Shown piece by piece: positions 1 through 12,364 of a DNA stretch of 35,194 nucleotides (positions within the stretch are counted from its first letter, which is position 1; each line of letters begins with the position of its first letter). A program made the translations under genes and the position numbers. Under the pieces are notes generated by a model. It saw nothing but the letters and a program-made list of their open reading frames with translations, searched no databases and was not told the DNA's origin. The DNA comes from Chiloscyllium plagiosum (Eukaryota): the NCBI RefSeq assembly GCF_004010195.1, contig NC_057754.1, positions 7,173,564 through 7,208,757 on the forward strand, in the 5' to 3' direction.

Positions 1-44
1 GGGGCGGGGGGGGGGAAGAAAGAGGGGGGGGGGGGGGGGGGCTG

Positions 45-450
45 GGGAGAAGGGAGCTGAGTGCAATAGGTGATTGGAGGTGGGGGCAAAGGTGATAGGT
101 CGGAGAGGAGGGTGGAGCTGATAGATGGGAAGGAAGACTGACAGGTGGGACAGGTCATGAGGGCGGTGCTGAGCTGGAAGGTTGGAATTGAGGTAAGGTA
201 GGGGAAGGGGAAATGAGGAAACTGGTGAAGTCTACATCAATGCCCTGGGGTTGAAGTGTTCTGAGGCGGAAGATGAGGCGTTCTTCCTCCAGGCGTCGGA
301 TGGTGAGGGAGCGGCGGTGAAGGAGGCCCAGGACCTCCATGTACTCGGCAGAGTAGGAGGGGGGAGTTGAAATGTTGGGCCACGGGGCGGTGGGGTCGAT
401 TGGTGCGGGTGTCCCAGAGATGTTCCCTAAAGCGCTCTGCAAGAAGGTTT
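45..450 (-). mobile_element. Penelope-like retroelement fragment (C-terminal GIY-YIG endonuclease region plus pyrimidine-rich tail)
   Basis: Frameshifted ORFs read LLAERFREHL...PVAQHFNSP and RRLEEERLIFRLRTLQPQGIDVDF, typical of the PLE endonuclease C-terminus. Confidence 0.8.
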
Positions 451-832
451 CTCACTGGAACGTAGGAGGTCGAGAGATGACCTGATAGATATTTATAAAA
501 TAATGAGGGGTACAGATAGAGTTAATGGTAGTTGTCTTCTCCCTGGGATGGGGGATTTCAAGATCAGAGGGCAAGGAGAGAGATTTTAAAAAAAACACGA
601 TGCAATTTTTTTTTCCATAGAGGGTCGTTCGCGTGTGGAATGACCTTCCTGAGGAAGTGATGGACGCGGGTACGGTTACAATATTTGAGAGACATTTGGA
701 TAAGGACATGAATAGGAAAGGATTTGGAGGGATATGGGCCAGGAGGAGGCAGGGGGTCTAGTTTAGTTTGGGATTATGGTTGGCACAGGCTGGCTGGACT
801 GAAGGGACTGTTTTCGTGCTGTATGAGTCTAT
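451..832 (+). mobile_element. CR1-type LINE 3' fragment
   Basis: Similar to the CR1 3' ends at 11200-11600 and 17200-17575 (gtgtggaatga...ggaagtg...; tail gtgctgtatga.tctatg). Confidence 0.8.
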
Positions 833-908
833 GGCTAATTAGGGATGGGTAATAAATGCAGGACGTAACCAGTGACACCCGCATCCCGTGACTGACCTTC
901 AGAAGACA

Positions 909-1104
909 GGATGTTAGTTTGCTCGCTGAGCTGGAAGGTTCGTTTTCAGATGTTTCGTCACCATACTAGGTAACATCTTCAGTGAGGCCCACTGAAGATG
1001 TTACCTAGTATGGTGACGAAATGTCTGAAAACGAACCTTCCAGCTCAGCGAGTAAACTGACATCCAGGACCTCAACCTGAGCTACAGATCTTCTCAAAAC
1101 TCGT
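909..1104. mobile_element. Fold-back Penelope-derived mini-element with 76-bp inverted arms, 11-bp TSD and hammerhead-like core
   Basis: 909-984 is the near-perfect reverse complement of 990-1065; ttcagaagaca at 898-908 and 1105-1115; CTGAAGA-T-GTTACC/GGTGAC-GAAA-TGTC at 992-1025. Confidence 0.8.
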
Positions 1105-1315
1105 TTCAGAAGACAATTATCCAGCACAAACTGTGATGTGGACACTGACTGCAAGGTACCCGCACTGGTATGACGAGACGAGGGGGGGGGGGGGGGGGGA
1201 GAGAACAGAGAAGGGGCAAGTGGGCAGGGGGAGCCGAGAGGAGGGGTAAGGGGCCGAGAGACTGGCAGTGGGTCGGGACGGGGGGATTCGGACTGAGCTA
1301 TGTTGCCTCCCTTAC

Positions 1316-1416
1316 CTGGTCGTCGATGAGCTGAAGCTGCTGGCTGGTCTTGGTGTCCATGTCAATGGCAATGTCCCCTGATCTGCGTGCATCGTCTTGC
1401 AGCAACACTGACCCAC
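1316..1416 (-). CDS. STX5: Syntaxin-5 coding exon 8 (101 nt); gene continues off the left edge
   Basis: (G)GSVLLQDDARRSGDIAIDMDTKTSQQLQLIDDQ; acceptor ctccctccgcag, donor CAG|gtaagg. The SNARE motif and transmembrane exons are not in the window. Confidence 0.95.
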
Positions 1417-2277
1417 CTGCGGAGGGAGACATGCAGGAGTTGAGACGCTAGCATTAAGGCAGTGGGGTTGTGAAGGCTAGGGGTTGGGTGGAGACCTGGC
1501 CACATGACAGGAGGGAGGGCACGCAAGGGGAGTTTCACCAGAACGACACTGGGCCTGAAACAGTTAAATTACGAGGACAGGTTGCACAGATTGGTCTGTT
1601 CTTTGCGGGCTGGGGAGATTATGGAGGTGATTGGATTAAAATGTTTAAGATGATTAAAGAGTTCAACAGGGTCGATGGAGACAAAACTTAATTCCGCAGG
1701 GGTCGGTGGGGGTGAGCAGAAAGCAAAACCAGGTGAAAATCAGAATAATGGGAACCTGTTCAGGACGTTGGGCGGGGGAAATACTGGCAGGATTTTAGGA
1801 ACATAATGAAACAAGCAGCTGGAATCATGGTTACCCTCCATCTTGACCCCACTTGATCGAGCTCAGACCTGTCACACTCAGATTACTTTCACTGGCTTTA
1901 CCTGGGAGCACGTGCCCAGTTCCATGACCGTGCACACAGACAGAATATTCCTAATTTAGCGGAGTAGGAGAAGGCCATTCCGATTCTCAGGCTGGTCCTG
2001 GCATTCAGGGAGATTATAGCTAATGACAGTCTATTATTAGCAGATTACATCTAACAACTAAATATCATCCTCTGCTTCTTGGAAAGTCCCTATGTATGCA
2101 GATGTGCTTCCGGACATCACCATTTCCTGACAGATCTGTCACTAATTTTCTTGAAGATTCTGAACAAAACCCTATATTTCTTAAATAACAAATCGTTCAA
2201 CTAAAATTAATCTTTCACTTGTTAAAACCTTGAAAATGTTGATTTTGCATCCAAGGCAGTGAGAGACAGAGTGCAAA

Positions 2278-4135
2278 ACCACACCGTCCTGTATCAGGGT
2301 CAGTCAGGGACACAGGGTAACACACACCATTCTGTATCAGGGTCAGTCAGGGACACAGTCTAACACACACCGTCCTGCATCAGGGACAGTCAGGGACACA
2401 GGGTATAACACACCGTCCTGTATCAGGGTCAGTGAGGGACACAGTGTAACACACACCGTCCTGTATCAGGGTCAGTGAGAGACACAGTGTAACACACACC
2501 GTCCTGTATCAGGGTTAGTCAGGGACACAGTGTAACACACACCGTCCTGCATCAGGGACAGTCAGGGACACAGGGTAACACACACCGTCCTGTATCAGGG
2601 TCAGTCAGGGACACAGGGTAACACACACCGTCCTGTATCAGGGTCAGTCAGGGACACAGTAACACACACCGTCCTGTATCAGGGACAGTCAGAGACACAG
2701 TGTAACACACACCGTCCTGTATCAGGGTCAGTCAGGGACACAGTGTAACACACACCGTCCTGTATCAGGATCAGTCAGAGAGACAGTGTAACACACACCG
2801 TCCTGTATCAGGGACACAGTGTAACACACACCGTCCTGCATCAGGGACAGTCAGGGACAGAGTGTAACACACACCGTCCTGTATCAGGGTCAGTCAGAGA
2901 GACAGTGTAACACACACCGTCTGCATCAGGGACAGTCAGGGACAGAGTGTAACACACACCGTCCTGTATCAGGGTCAGTCAGGGACACAGGGTAACACAC
3001 ACCGTCCTGTATCAGGGTCAGTCAGGGACACACCGTCCTGTATCAGGGTCAGTGAGGGGCACAGTGTAACACACACCGTCCTGTATCAGGGTCAGTGAGA
3101 GACACAGGGTAACACACACCGTCCTGTATCAGGGTCAGTCAGGGACACAGGGTAACAGCGCACCGTCCTGCATCAGGATCAGTCAGAGACACAGTGTAAC
3201 ACACACCGTCCTGTATCAGGGTCAGTCAGAGACACAGTGTAACACACACCGTCCTGTATCAGGGTCAGTCAGGGACAGTGTAACACACACCGCCTTGTAT
3301 CAGGGTCAGTCAGGGACACAGTGTAACATACACCGTCCTGCATCAGGGACAGTCAGGGACACAGGGTAACACCGCACCGTCCTGTATCAGGGTCAGTCAG
3401 GGACAGTGTAACACACACCGTCCTGTATCAGGGTCAGTCAGGGACACAGGGTAACACACACCGTCCTGTATCAGGGTTAGTCAGGGACACAGGGTAACAC
3501 ACACCGTCCTGTATCAGGGTCAGTGAGAGACACAGGGTAACACACACCGTCCTGTATCAGGGTCAGTCAGGGACACAGGGTAACAGCGCACCGTCCTGTA
3601 TCAGGGTCGTCAGGGACACAGGGTAACACACACCGTCCTGTATCAGGGTCAGTCAGGGACAGTGTAACACACACCGTCCTGTATCAGGGTCAGTCAGGGA
3701 CACAGGGTAACACACACCGTCCTGTATCAGGGTCAGTGAGGGACAGTGTAACACACACCGTCCTGTATCAGGGTCAGTCAGGGACACAGGGTAACACACA
3801 CCGTCCTGTATCAGGGTCAGTGAGAGACAGAGTGTAACACACACCGTCCTGTATCAGTGACACAGGGTAACACCGCACCATCCTGTATCAGGGTCAGTCA
3901 GGGACACAGGGTGACACACACCGTCCTGTATCAGGGTCAGTCAGGGACACAGTGTAACACACACTGTCCTGTATCAGGGTCAGTCAGAGAGACAGTGTAA
4001 CACACACCGTCCTGTATCAGGGTCAGTCAGGGACACAGTGTAACACACACTGTCCTGTATCAGGGTCAGTTAGAGTGACAGTGTAACACCGCACCGTCCT
4101 GTATCAGGGTCAGTGAGGGACACACCGTCCTGTAA
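2278..4135. repeat. Minisatellite, ~43-bp unit, roughly 43 copies
   Basis: Unit acacaccgtcctgtatcagggtcagtcagggacacag(t/g)gtaac repeated head to tail, with occasional deletions. Confidence 0.97.
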
Positions 4136-4192
4136 CTGTGTCAGTAATTGCTGTAACAATTAGCGGATTCCTGTCATTGGGACAATGCTTAC

Positions 4193-4277
4193 CATAACCA
4201 TTCGCAGCTGATGGCGGGAGGCTTGAAACTGTGGCATGTGAGAACTGCTCTCTTCTGTTTTTCTGCATTTTGAGATT
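4193..4277 (-). CDS. STX5: Syntaxin-5 coding exon 7 (85 nt)
   Basis: NLKMQKNRREQFSHATVSSLPPSAANGY(G); acceptor cctaactggcag, donor G|gtaagc; phase 0 to 1. Confidence 0.95.
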
Positions 4278-5019
4278 CTGCCAGTTAGGGAGAGGATGTA
4301 TGAATGACAAGACATTAAAAACAGCCCAAGTTCACTCAGGTACAGTTCAATCTGAAGCGTGTGCAGCTGCTGCCTCCTAGGGACACCAGTGGTGTCTCCA
4401 CCTCTCTCTTGGGAAGCTCACAATAAGACACCAAATAAAAAACAATAGCGTGCCTAAAAAAAGGGGGTCAGACCTAACTGGGAAAATCCTGGGATGCAAG
4501 CTCGGAGGTCTCGGAGTCCCTCAGATTGAGATTAAAATGAAGCCGGCAGTGGACTCTATCCTTTAATATTTCACGTCAGGCACGCAGCAGCTTTACATTA
4601 TCACAAGGAAGAAACTTCGAGGGAGGCCGGGAGACTGGCTTGGCCTCAGGGAGGAGACTCTTCATAGCAGTCCTCCGAGACTTGTTGGTGCTACCCTGGT
4701 GACTAAGTGCCACCGAAACTGGCAATATCCCAGGATCCTCTTTACGTCGACTATGTCTGTACTCACTAATAGGACAGTGAAATCCTGCAGTTGCTGGAAA
4801 TCTTCATCAAACACAGAGAATGCTGGAGAAACTCAGCAGGTCTGGCTGCATCTGCAGAGAGAGAAACACCAGTTTGAATCTGGGCAGGACTTTCCTTCAG
4901 AGCTGACCCAGTTGCTGCTAGGTCTGCTGAGCTCCTCTGACATTGTCTGTGTTTGCTTCTTGCTAATACACCACCTCCGTTGCCCTAGGATGGGTCTTTC
5001 AGCTGTAGAGTCAGAGTCA

Positions 5020-5745
5020 TACAGCCAGAAACAGACAGTCAACAGAAACAGAGCGGAAACTGACTGACAGGTCCAACCAGTCCACACCATGCTCCAAACT
5101 AGACTTGCCCCAGCTGTCTGCACTTGGCCCATGTCTTATCCCTATGCATGAACTTATCCTAACGTCTTTTAAACAATCTAACTGTACCTGCATCCACCAC
5201 ATTCAGTGGCAGTTCATTCCACACATGGACCACTCTCAGGCCCTTTTTAAATCTTTCTTCTCTCACCTTACAAATACACCTAGTTTTGAACTCCCCTACC
5301 CGAGGGAAAAGACCCTTATCCACACCCCTCATGATTTTATAGACCTCAACCTTCTATGCTCCAGTGATGAAAGTCCCAGTCTATTTTTATATCTCAAACT
5401 CTGCATTCCTGACACCACCTGGTAAATCCTTTCTGAGCCCCTTTCCACTTTAATAATATCCTTCCGATAATGGGGTGACCACAACGGCACAAACTTTTCC
5501 AGAACAGGTTTCATCAACATCCTAGGCAAAAAGTGAGGACTGCAGATGCTGGAAATCAGGGCCTAGGTTAGAGCAGTGCTGGAAAAGCACAGCAGGTCAG
5601 GCAGCGTTCGAGGAGCAGGAAAAATCGACGTTTCGGGAACCCGATGAAGGGCTTTTTGCCCGAAAAGTCGATTTTCCTTCAACATCCTGTACAACGCGAA
5701 CATAACGTCCCAATTCCGTATACTCAGTGCTCTGACCAATGAGGC
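5020..5745 (-). mobile_element. CR1-type LINE 3' fragment interrupted by a mini-element at 5524-5678
   Basis: Minus-strand ORF WSPHYRKDIIKVER...LGLSSLEHRRLR; CR1 sequence resumes after 5688. Confidence 0.8.
5524..5678. mobile_element. Penelope-derived mini-element with 10-bp TSD and mutated hammerhead core
   Basis: tcaacatcct at 5514-5523 and 5679-5688; begins aaagtgaggactgcagatgctgg like the 19364 copy; CCGATGA-A-GGGC/GCCC-GAAAA-GTC at 5641-5669. Confidence 0.75.
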
Positions 5746-7137
5746 TCTGATACATGCTGACTTTGATTCACAGAAATGGACATCCTGGGTTACTGCCAGG
5801 ACCTAACGGCTGGGTTGGGCTGTCATAAGAGGTGTGACACAGGATGCAGTGCAAAGTGTCCTTAATCCTCTCTGGTATTTACTTCAACAGCCCCGGTTTC
5901 CTGCTCTGATGATCCAACCTTTCGCTTCCCTATCAGTGGGATCTGCTAATGGGATGAGCTGGTGGCTGGCAGGACTTAGCACAGGAAGGAAGGGCCTCAG
6001 TAATTCACAGATAGGGGTGAGAGATAATGCATTAAGATCCATTTTGGAGCGCACCGATGTCCCTCTGCTTCGGTTAGTGCAATTACCTGTTGATCACACT
6101 GGGTCAGAGTTGGGCGAAGTGATTCTGAATCACAACCAGGATCAATGTGACTCTCAGACCATTAACACCAAATAGTCTAGTTGACAAATTTTCCACCATG
6201 GCCCTGGGAAAGCACTGACTCTCAAGAGGCTGTGCTGCTAGTGCCACCTGTCCTCTGGAGTCTCAACCAACTGATCATCCTTTAAAAATAAGGAGTCACC
6301 CTTTAAGACAGAGGTGACGAGACATGTCTTCTCACAGACAGTCAGGAGTCTTTGAAACCCCCTTCCCCAAAAAGATGATGGGGGCAGAATCTTTGAATAT
6401 TTTTTTTTAAGATGGAGAGAGATAGATTTTTGTGTTACAGGAAGTTACAGCAACAGGATGTAGGCCATTCAGCCCCTCAAGCCTGTTCCACCATTTGATA
6501 ATATCAGGGTTGATTCATATACCTGCCTTTGGCCCATATCCTTCCATGCCTTTACTTAACAAAAATGTATCTACCTTGGATTTAAAATTAACAACTGACC
6601 CAGCATCCAGTGCTGTTTGTCAAAGAAAGTTCCCTTTGGGTGTCCTGGTGATCCCTGACATTTCTCCTGAACAGTCTGGCCCTAATTCTCAGGCTCTGCT
6701 CTTAGTTCTAGAATTGCCAACCAATGGAAATTATTTATTTTCAAATGCTATCTTTTCCCGTTAATACCTTGATCACCCTTTAACCTTCTAAATTCTGGAG
6801 AAAACAGGCCAGCCTGATTTATATAAACTCTTGCCATCACTTAAACCCTGGAGTCCAGATTTCTTTTGATAAGCAAAGGGCAAAGTAGGAGATGGCGTCG
6901 TGGAGCAGGTCCAACTTGGATCTAGTAGAACAGTGGGAAAGGGGGTCGAAAATGCCACCTCCTGTTACAACTTTGCCGCAATTCAGTCTCTGACTCCCTC
7001 CAGCCACGTGCGAAAGCAGCCACGCCAAGTGTGGGCTTTGCAACAGGGACACAGCCTGCGACAGCACGACCCCCCCCCCGCTCAGTTCGCAACTCTTACT
7101 GTGAGGTCAAGCTTTTCAACGTTCGAGCTGGTGTTAC

Positions 7138-7194
7138 CTCTGTCCTCACTTCGAGAACCGACTTAAAATCATTCGACATGGAGGCCAGCCGGGA
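7138..7194 (-). CDS. STX5: Syntaxin-5 coding exon 6 (57 nt)
   Basis: SRLASMSNDFKSVLEVRTE; acceptor ttttcccttcacag, donor GAG|gtaaca. Confidence 0.97.
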
Positions 7195-7758
7195 CTGTGA
7201 AGGGAAAAGACAACATGTCACCAAAATAAAAAGAGGGGGGAGGAAAGAGAGACTCGGTATCAGAAACAAAGGCTCACTCGAGGGGCAAGCGAGTTCACAG
7301 ATGACTTGCTGTGACTCAGGTGACGCACTGTCTTCCCAGTCCAGCAAGGTCATCGGCAATTAACGGTGATCCCTGTGTGTACTGCAGCCCCGTTGCACTG
7401 ACTATCTTGGTCTGAAATATGGGACCAAACATAATCTGACAACTACCGCTTCAGGACATATTCGGTGACTGAAAGTTTGGCTAAGGAGGTTGACTTTGCA
7501 CATTGGTAGGGGGGAGGCAGGGAGAGGCGAGGCAGGAGGAGCAGGAAGGCGGTGGGGGGGGGGGGAAAGAGAGGCGTAGGGACAATTTCTGAAGTTAGGT
7601 CCCCAGGCAGCGGGAGGCAGCCTTCCCAGCAATGCCCACGTCACGTCCCACAGCAGGTGGACAGGCTCGTGAATGAGCTGCACGGACACACCAAGAAAAC
7701 CGTTTTGTTCCCCGGATCCTGGCTCCGGGATAAGGAGCCAGCATGACAGTGGCATTAC

Positions 7759-7875
7759 CTGCAGGGAGACCACAATGGTGTTGGAATGCGTCTGTAAGTG
7801 TCGGCCATTTTGGCTCTCCTTGGTTCTCACAAAGTCTTGTAGTTGTGCGATCTGCTTGTTCAGGCTGTTTATATC
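7759..7875 (-). CDS. STX5: Syntaxin-5 coding exon 5 (117 nt)
   Basis: DINSLNKQIAQLQDFVRTKESQNGRHLQTHSNTIVVSLQ; acceptor ctgacctgttag, donor CAG|gtaatg. Confidence 0.97.
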
Positions 7876-8312
7876 CTAACAGGTCAGAAATAAATGATGT
7901 GAACAAAAACCGTTGACTAAAACACAGAATTGTACAGCATAGCATAAGGCCGCATCTGGAGTCACAGAACTCGGCCCATTGTGAGAAAGCTATCCAATTT
8001 GCCACACTCCTGCCTCCTCATTATCCCGGACCTGCAAATGCTGCCCTTTCAAACATTCTCATTCTCAACTTGAAAGCTCCTATTGAAGCTGTTCCTGCTC
8101 CCTTTCAGACAGCACGTTCCAGATCAGACAGTAAGATTCTCATCCCTCTCCTTCCCTTTCCTGATGAACTTTAACCTGTCTCTTCTGATCGCTGAGCACC
8201 TTTAAGCTTACATCGGTTTTTACTGATGCTGCCAACTTGCCCTCAGGTAGTAATCAGTCAGAGAGAAAAGGTGTCTCATCAGCAGTCTTGTGGATACTGT
8301 TCCCCCAAGTGT

Positions 8313-8640
8313 GTCATAGAATCCCCTCCAGTGTGGAAGCAGGCCACTCAGCCCATCAGGTTCACACTAACCCTCTGAAGAGCATCTCACCTAGACGCCC
8401 CCTATCCCCGTAATCCTGCATTCCCTCCAGCTAACCAACCTAGCCTGCACGTCCCTGGACAACATGAGCAATTGCCCCCATGGCCAATCCACCCTAACCT
8501 GCACACCTTTGGACTGTGGGAGGAAACCGGAGCACCAGGAAGAACGTGCGAAACGCCACCCAGACAGTCGCCCGAAGGTGGGATCGAATCTGGGTCCCTG
8601 GCGTTCTGAGGCAGCAGTGCTAACCACTGAGCCACCGTGA
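8313..8640 (-). mobile_element. HE1-like tRNA-derived V-SINE
   Basis: Minus strand: A box ggtggctcagtggttagc, B box gattcgatccc, V-domain ggtgctccggtttcctcccacagtccaaag. Confidence 0.85.
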
Positions 8641-9127
8641 GACGGAGAATCAAAAACCAGCGATGGATTCATTCTTGTACAACCCCGTGTTAGAGAAAAT
8701 TTGTACTTTTGGAACAGCGCTTAAAGCCTCGATGATGTAATCGCATTCCAGCCAATAAATACTTTAAAAATTTGTGCTTTACAAACAGCAGCCCCAAATT
8801 TATCAATTGTTATAGCAAATTCCTGTTAACGAAACGCCCATTATAGCAGAACAACCTGCATTTCTTTTAATTTCACCAAGTCTCGTGCCTTCCACTGTGA
8901 GGTTCTCTGTGATATTAACCCCTTTTTAAAGCTTATGCTGCACTTGCATAATCTTTGCTGAGAGCTCGGTCCCTTAAATATCCATCGCCACCTCAATGTC
9001 CTTAACCAGCCCACAGTCACAGCCAGGTATTACGCTCCTGGAGCTGTGCAAGGTTCAATAGAAATGCAGGTCTCGACTATCTTCAGGGGAGAATTGTGCA
9101 GTTTTAAAAAAAAAAGCAGCGGCAAAC

Positions 9128-9198
9128 CTGTTTGATGATGTACGTCAACTCCTCAATTTCGACAGCTTTGTCATCGAACAAGGATTTCCGCTTTGCCA
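9128..9198 (-). CDS. STX5: Syntaxin-5 coding exon 4 (71 nt)
   Basis: (L)AKRKSLFDDKAVEIEELTYIIKQ; acceptor ttctgtgacag, donor CAG|gtttgc; phase 1 to 0. Confidence 0.97.
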
Positions 9199-9269
9199 CT
9201 GTCACAGAACCAGGAGTCAGTGTCAGTACAAGGGAAAGGCAACGAAAACACAACATCAAATCAAATCAA

Positions 9270-10310
9270 ACCTAACCGAGGGCCTCAGGTGGTTTGTGCG
9301 TAGACTAACAGACTCTTGGGAGAGAGTTACACACTGGAACCTAATCGAGTGGCTCGGGGTGGTTTATATATAGAATAACAGACACCCAGGAGAGAGTTAA
9401 AGGCTGGAATCTAACTGAGGGGCTTGGGGTGTTTACATATAAAATACAACACCTGGGAATGAGTTACAGACTGGAATCTAACTAAGGGGTTCGGGGTGGT
9501 TTATATATAGAATAACAAGTACCCAGGAGAGAGTTACAGACTGGAATCTAACTGAGGGGGTTCAGGGTGGTTTGTAAATAGAATATAACACCTGGGAGTG
9601 AGTTACAGGCTGGAATCTAACTGAGAGGTTCAGTGTGGTTTATATATAGAATAACAGATACCTGGGAGTAACAGATGGAATCTAACGAAGGGGTTCGGGG
9701 TGGTTTATATATAGAATAACAGATACCTGGGAGTGAGTTACAGACTGGAATCTAACTGAGGGGTTCAGGGTGGTTTATATAGAGAATAACAGATACCTGG
9801 GAGTGAGTTAAAGACTGGAATCTAACTGAGGGGGTTCAGGGTGGTTTGTAAATAGAATATAACACCTGGGAGTGAGTTACAGGCTGGAATCTAACTGAGA
9901 GGTTCAGTGTGGTTAATATATAGAATGACAGATACCTGGGAGTGAGTAACAGATGGAATCTAACTGAGGGGTTCAGGGTGGTTTATATATAGAATAACAG
10001 ATACCTGGGAGTGAGTAACAGATGGAATCTAACGAAGGGGTTCAGGGTGGTTTATATAGAGAATAACAGATACCCGGGAGTGAGTTACAGACTGGAATCT
10101 AACTGAGGGGTTCAGGCTAGTTTATATCGAGAATAACAGATACCTGGGAGTGAGTTACAGATGGAATCTAACTGAGGGGTTCAGGGTAGTTTATATCGAG
10201 AATAACAGATACCTGGGAGTGAGTTACAGATGGAATCTAACTGAGGGGTTCAGGGTAGTTTATATCGAGAATAACAGATACCCTGCAGTGAGTTGCAGAC
10301 TGGAATCTAA
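9270..10310. repeat. Minisatellite, ~70-bp unit, about 15 copies
   Basis: Unit ggaatctaactgaggggttcagggtggtttatatatagaataacagatacctgggagtgagttacagact; period 70 between 9747 and 9817. Confidence 0.97.
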
Positions 10311-10621
10311 GGCAGAAGTTTAGAAGGTTTACAAACAGACCAAAGATCTGGGTCCATAATACAAAACTAGATGCGATGCTCCAGCTGGGCCTGACCTTCA
10401 GCATAACCTCCTTATTTATTATAATTCAGTGCCTTGACCTACACAGCCTGAGAATACACACACTTTATTAAAGGTCTCTCTTCGTCTCCTGCCACCTTCA
10501 CAGATTTATACACGTTTGCTCATACATCACTGGGCTAAATGGCCGGCCCCTTGTCTGTCCTTTCATCTGTGCCCGGTTGCAATTAATTATCATGCTTACT
10601 CCTGGCCACAGACTAGTTAGA

Positions 10622-10746
10622 TACAAAAAAAACCCTGCAGATGCTGGAATCCAAGGTAGTCAAGCAGGAGGCTGGAAGAACACAGCAAGCCAGGCAGCAT
10701 CAGGAGGTGGAGAAATTGATGTTTCGGGTGTAACCCTTCTTCAGGA
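10622..10746 (-). mobile_element. Penelope-like terminal repeat fragment with hammerhead-like core
   Basis: Minus strand reads CTGAAGA-A-GGGT-tac-ACCC-GAAAC-ATC (10744-10718) followed by the ...ccagcatctgcag tail shared with the other copies. Confidence 0.7.
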
Positions 10747-10769
10747 TCCAGGTTTGGAAACATCAGCAA

Positions 10770-11608
10770 GGTCAAATGAGGCCAATGGGCCGAGGAGTGG
10801 CAGATGGAGTTTAATTTAGATGAATGTGAGGTGCTACATTTTGGAAAGGCAAACCAGGGTAGCACTTATACACTTAATGGTAAGGTCCTGGGAAGCGTTG
10901 CTTAACAGAGACCTTGGAGAGCAGGTTCATAGCCCCTTGATAGTGGAGTCACAGGTAGACAGGATAGCGAAGGTGGTGTTTGGTATGCTTTCCTATATTG
11001 TCCAGTGTATTGAGTATATTAGCTGGGAGGTCATGTTTTGGCTGTACAGGACATTGGTGAGGCCACTTTTGGAATATTGCATGTAATTCTGGTCTCCCTG
11101 CTACAGGAAGGATGTTGTGAAACTTGAAAGAGTGCAGAAAAGATTTACAGGGATGTTGCCAGGGCAGGCAAGTTTAAAGGTATAGGGAGAGGCTGAACAG
11201 GGTGGGGCTGTTTTCCCTTAGTCTCAGAGGCTGAGGGGTCACCTTATAGAGGTTTATAAAATCATGAGGGACACGGATAGCATAAATAGACAAGGTCTTT
11301 TCCCCAGGTTGGGGGGAGTCCAACACTCAAGGGCATAGGTTTAGGGTGAGAGGGGAAAGACTTGACAGGACCTAACATGCAACTTTTTCACGTAGAGGGT
11401 GGTACGTGCATGGAATGAGCTGTCAGGGGAGGTGGTGGAGGCTGGTACAATGGCAACATTTAAAAGGCATCTGGATGGGGACATGAATAGAAAGGGTTTA
11501 GAGGGATACGGGCCAAATGCTGGCAAATCAGACTAGATTTATTTAGGATATCAGGTCAACATGAACGAGTTGGACCGAAGGGTCTGCTTCCATGCTGTAC
11601 ATCTCTCA
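10770..11608 (+). mobile_element. CR1-type LINE, 5'-truncated (RT C-terminus and 3' UTR)
   Basis: WQMEFNLDEC, RDLGEQVH, LYRTLVRPLLEYC motifs with stops and frameshifts. Confidence 0.9.
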
Positions 11609-12364
11609 CTCTCTCGCGCACCACACACTCCCCACCCTCTCCCACATCACACCCCCAAAGTCAGTTTCTCGGTTTAAATTCCCTCTGCTTAATACAAGTT
11701 TTTTGCACCTTGGAACGCGGGCGCCATCTAGTGCTTGGCTGCAAGAGTAACAGTGCTGCTGGGTTTCTCCAGGTGGACTGTGTACTGAAATATGAAGCCA
11801 GGGACCAGGGATGTGGACCGTAAATATAAGTGACTTGAGAGTGCATCAGAATCAGACTCCAGCTCAACAGCCCTATGTAGATAGGTGAGAGCGAGCGGGT
11901 CTGCGCACATCTTAAGTGTCCGCACTCCCCACAGACGGGGTGATTTCAGCAGCATCAGCTGATGTGTGTCAAGCCCCTCAATCAGTGCAGCGCACAGTGC
12001 AAGGATTCAGAGCACTCTCACACGATTCCTCCCAAGGGAACGTGGCCTTGCTGTGATCTGAGGCACACACAACACCCACTGTGGAGTGAGGGCTCAAGGC
12101 CAGCCTGTGGCCTGCACTCCCTCGATTCGAGGGCACGTCTGCTCACTGCCGTTATGGGTGTGAACGTCACTGAATGGGCCGATTCTTCACCCGCAGACCT
12201 ATGGGCATTTTAAAAAGATTTGTGCATGGGATGAGAGTATCGCTGGCAGGGTCAGAATGTATTGCCCATTCCTAATTACACAGAGGCCAATCGCTCTGGG
12301 TCTGGAGTCACATGTTGGCCAAATCAAGAAAGAATGCCAGATTTCCTTCCATAAGGAACATTTC

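Noticed and set aside
1..41. Poly-G tracts (also 1183-1199 and 29811-29824) as G-quadruplex elements
   Set aside because: Homopolymer runs are common and error-prone in assemblies; no evidence of function.
2278..4135. Regular repeats resembling a CRISPR array (also 9270-10310)
   Set aside because: Units are head to tail with no unique spacers, no cas genes are present, and the context is a vertebrate intron.
8660..8860. Possible Tigger/Tc1-like transposon end (ttatagcagaacaacctg)
   Set aside because: Only one putative terminal repeat seen and no matching partner; too weak to call.
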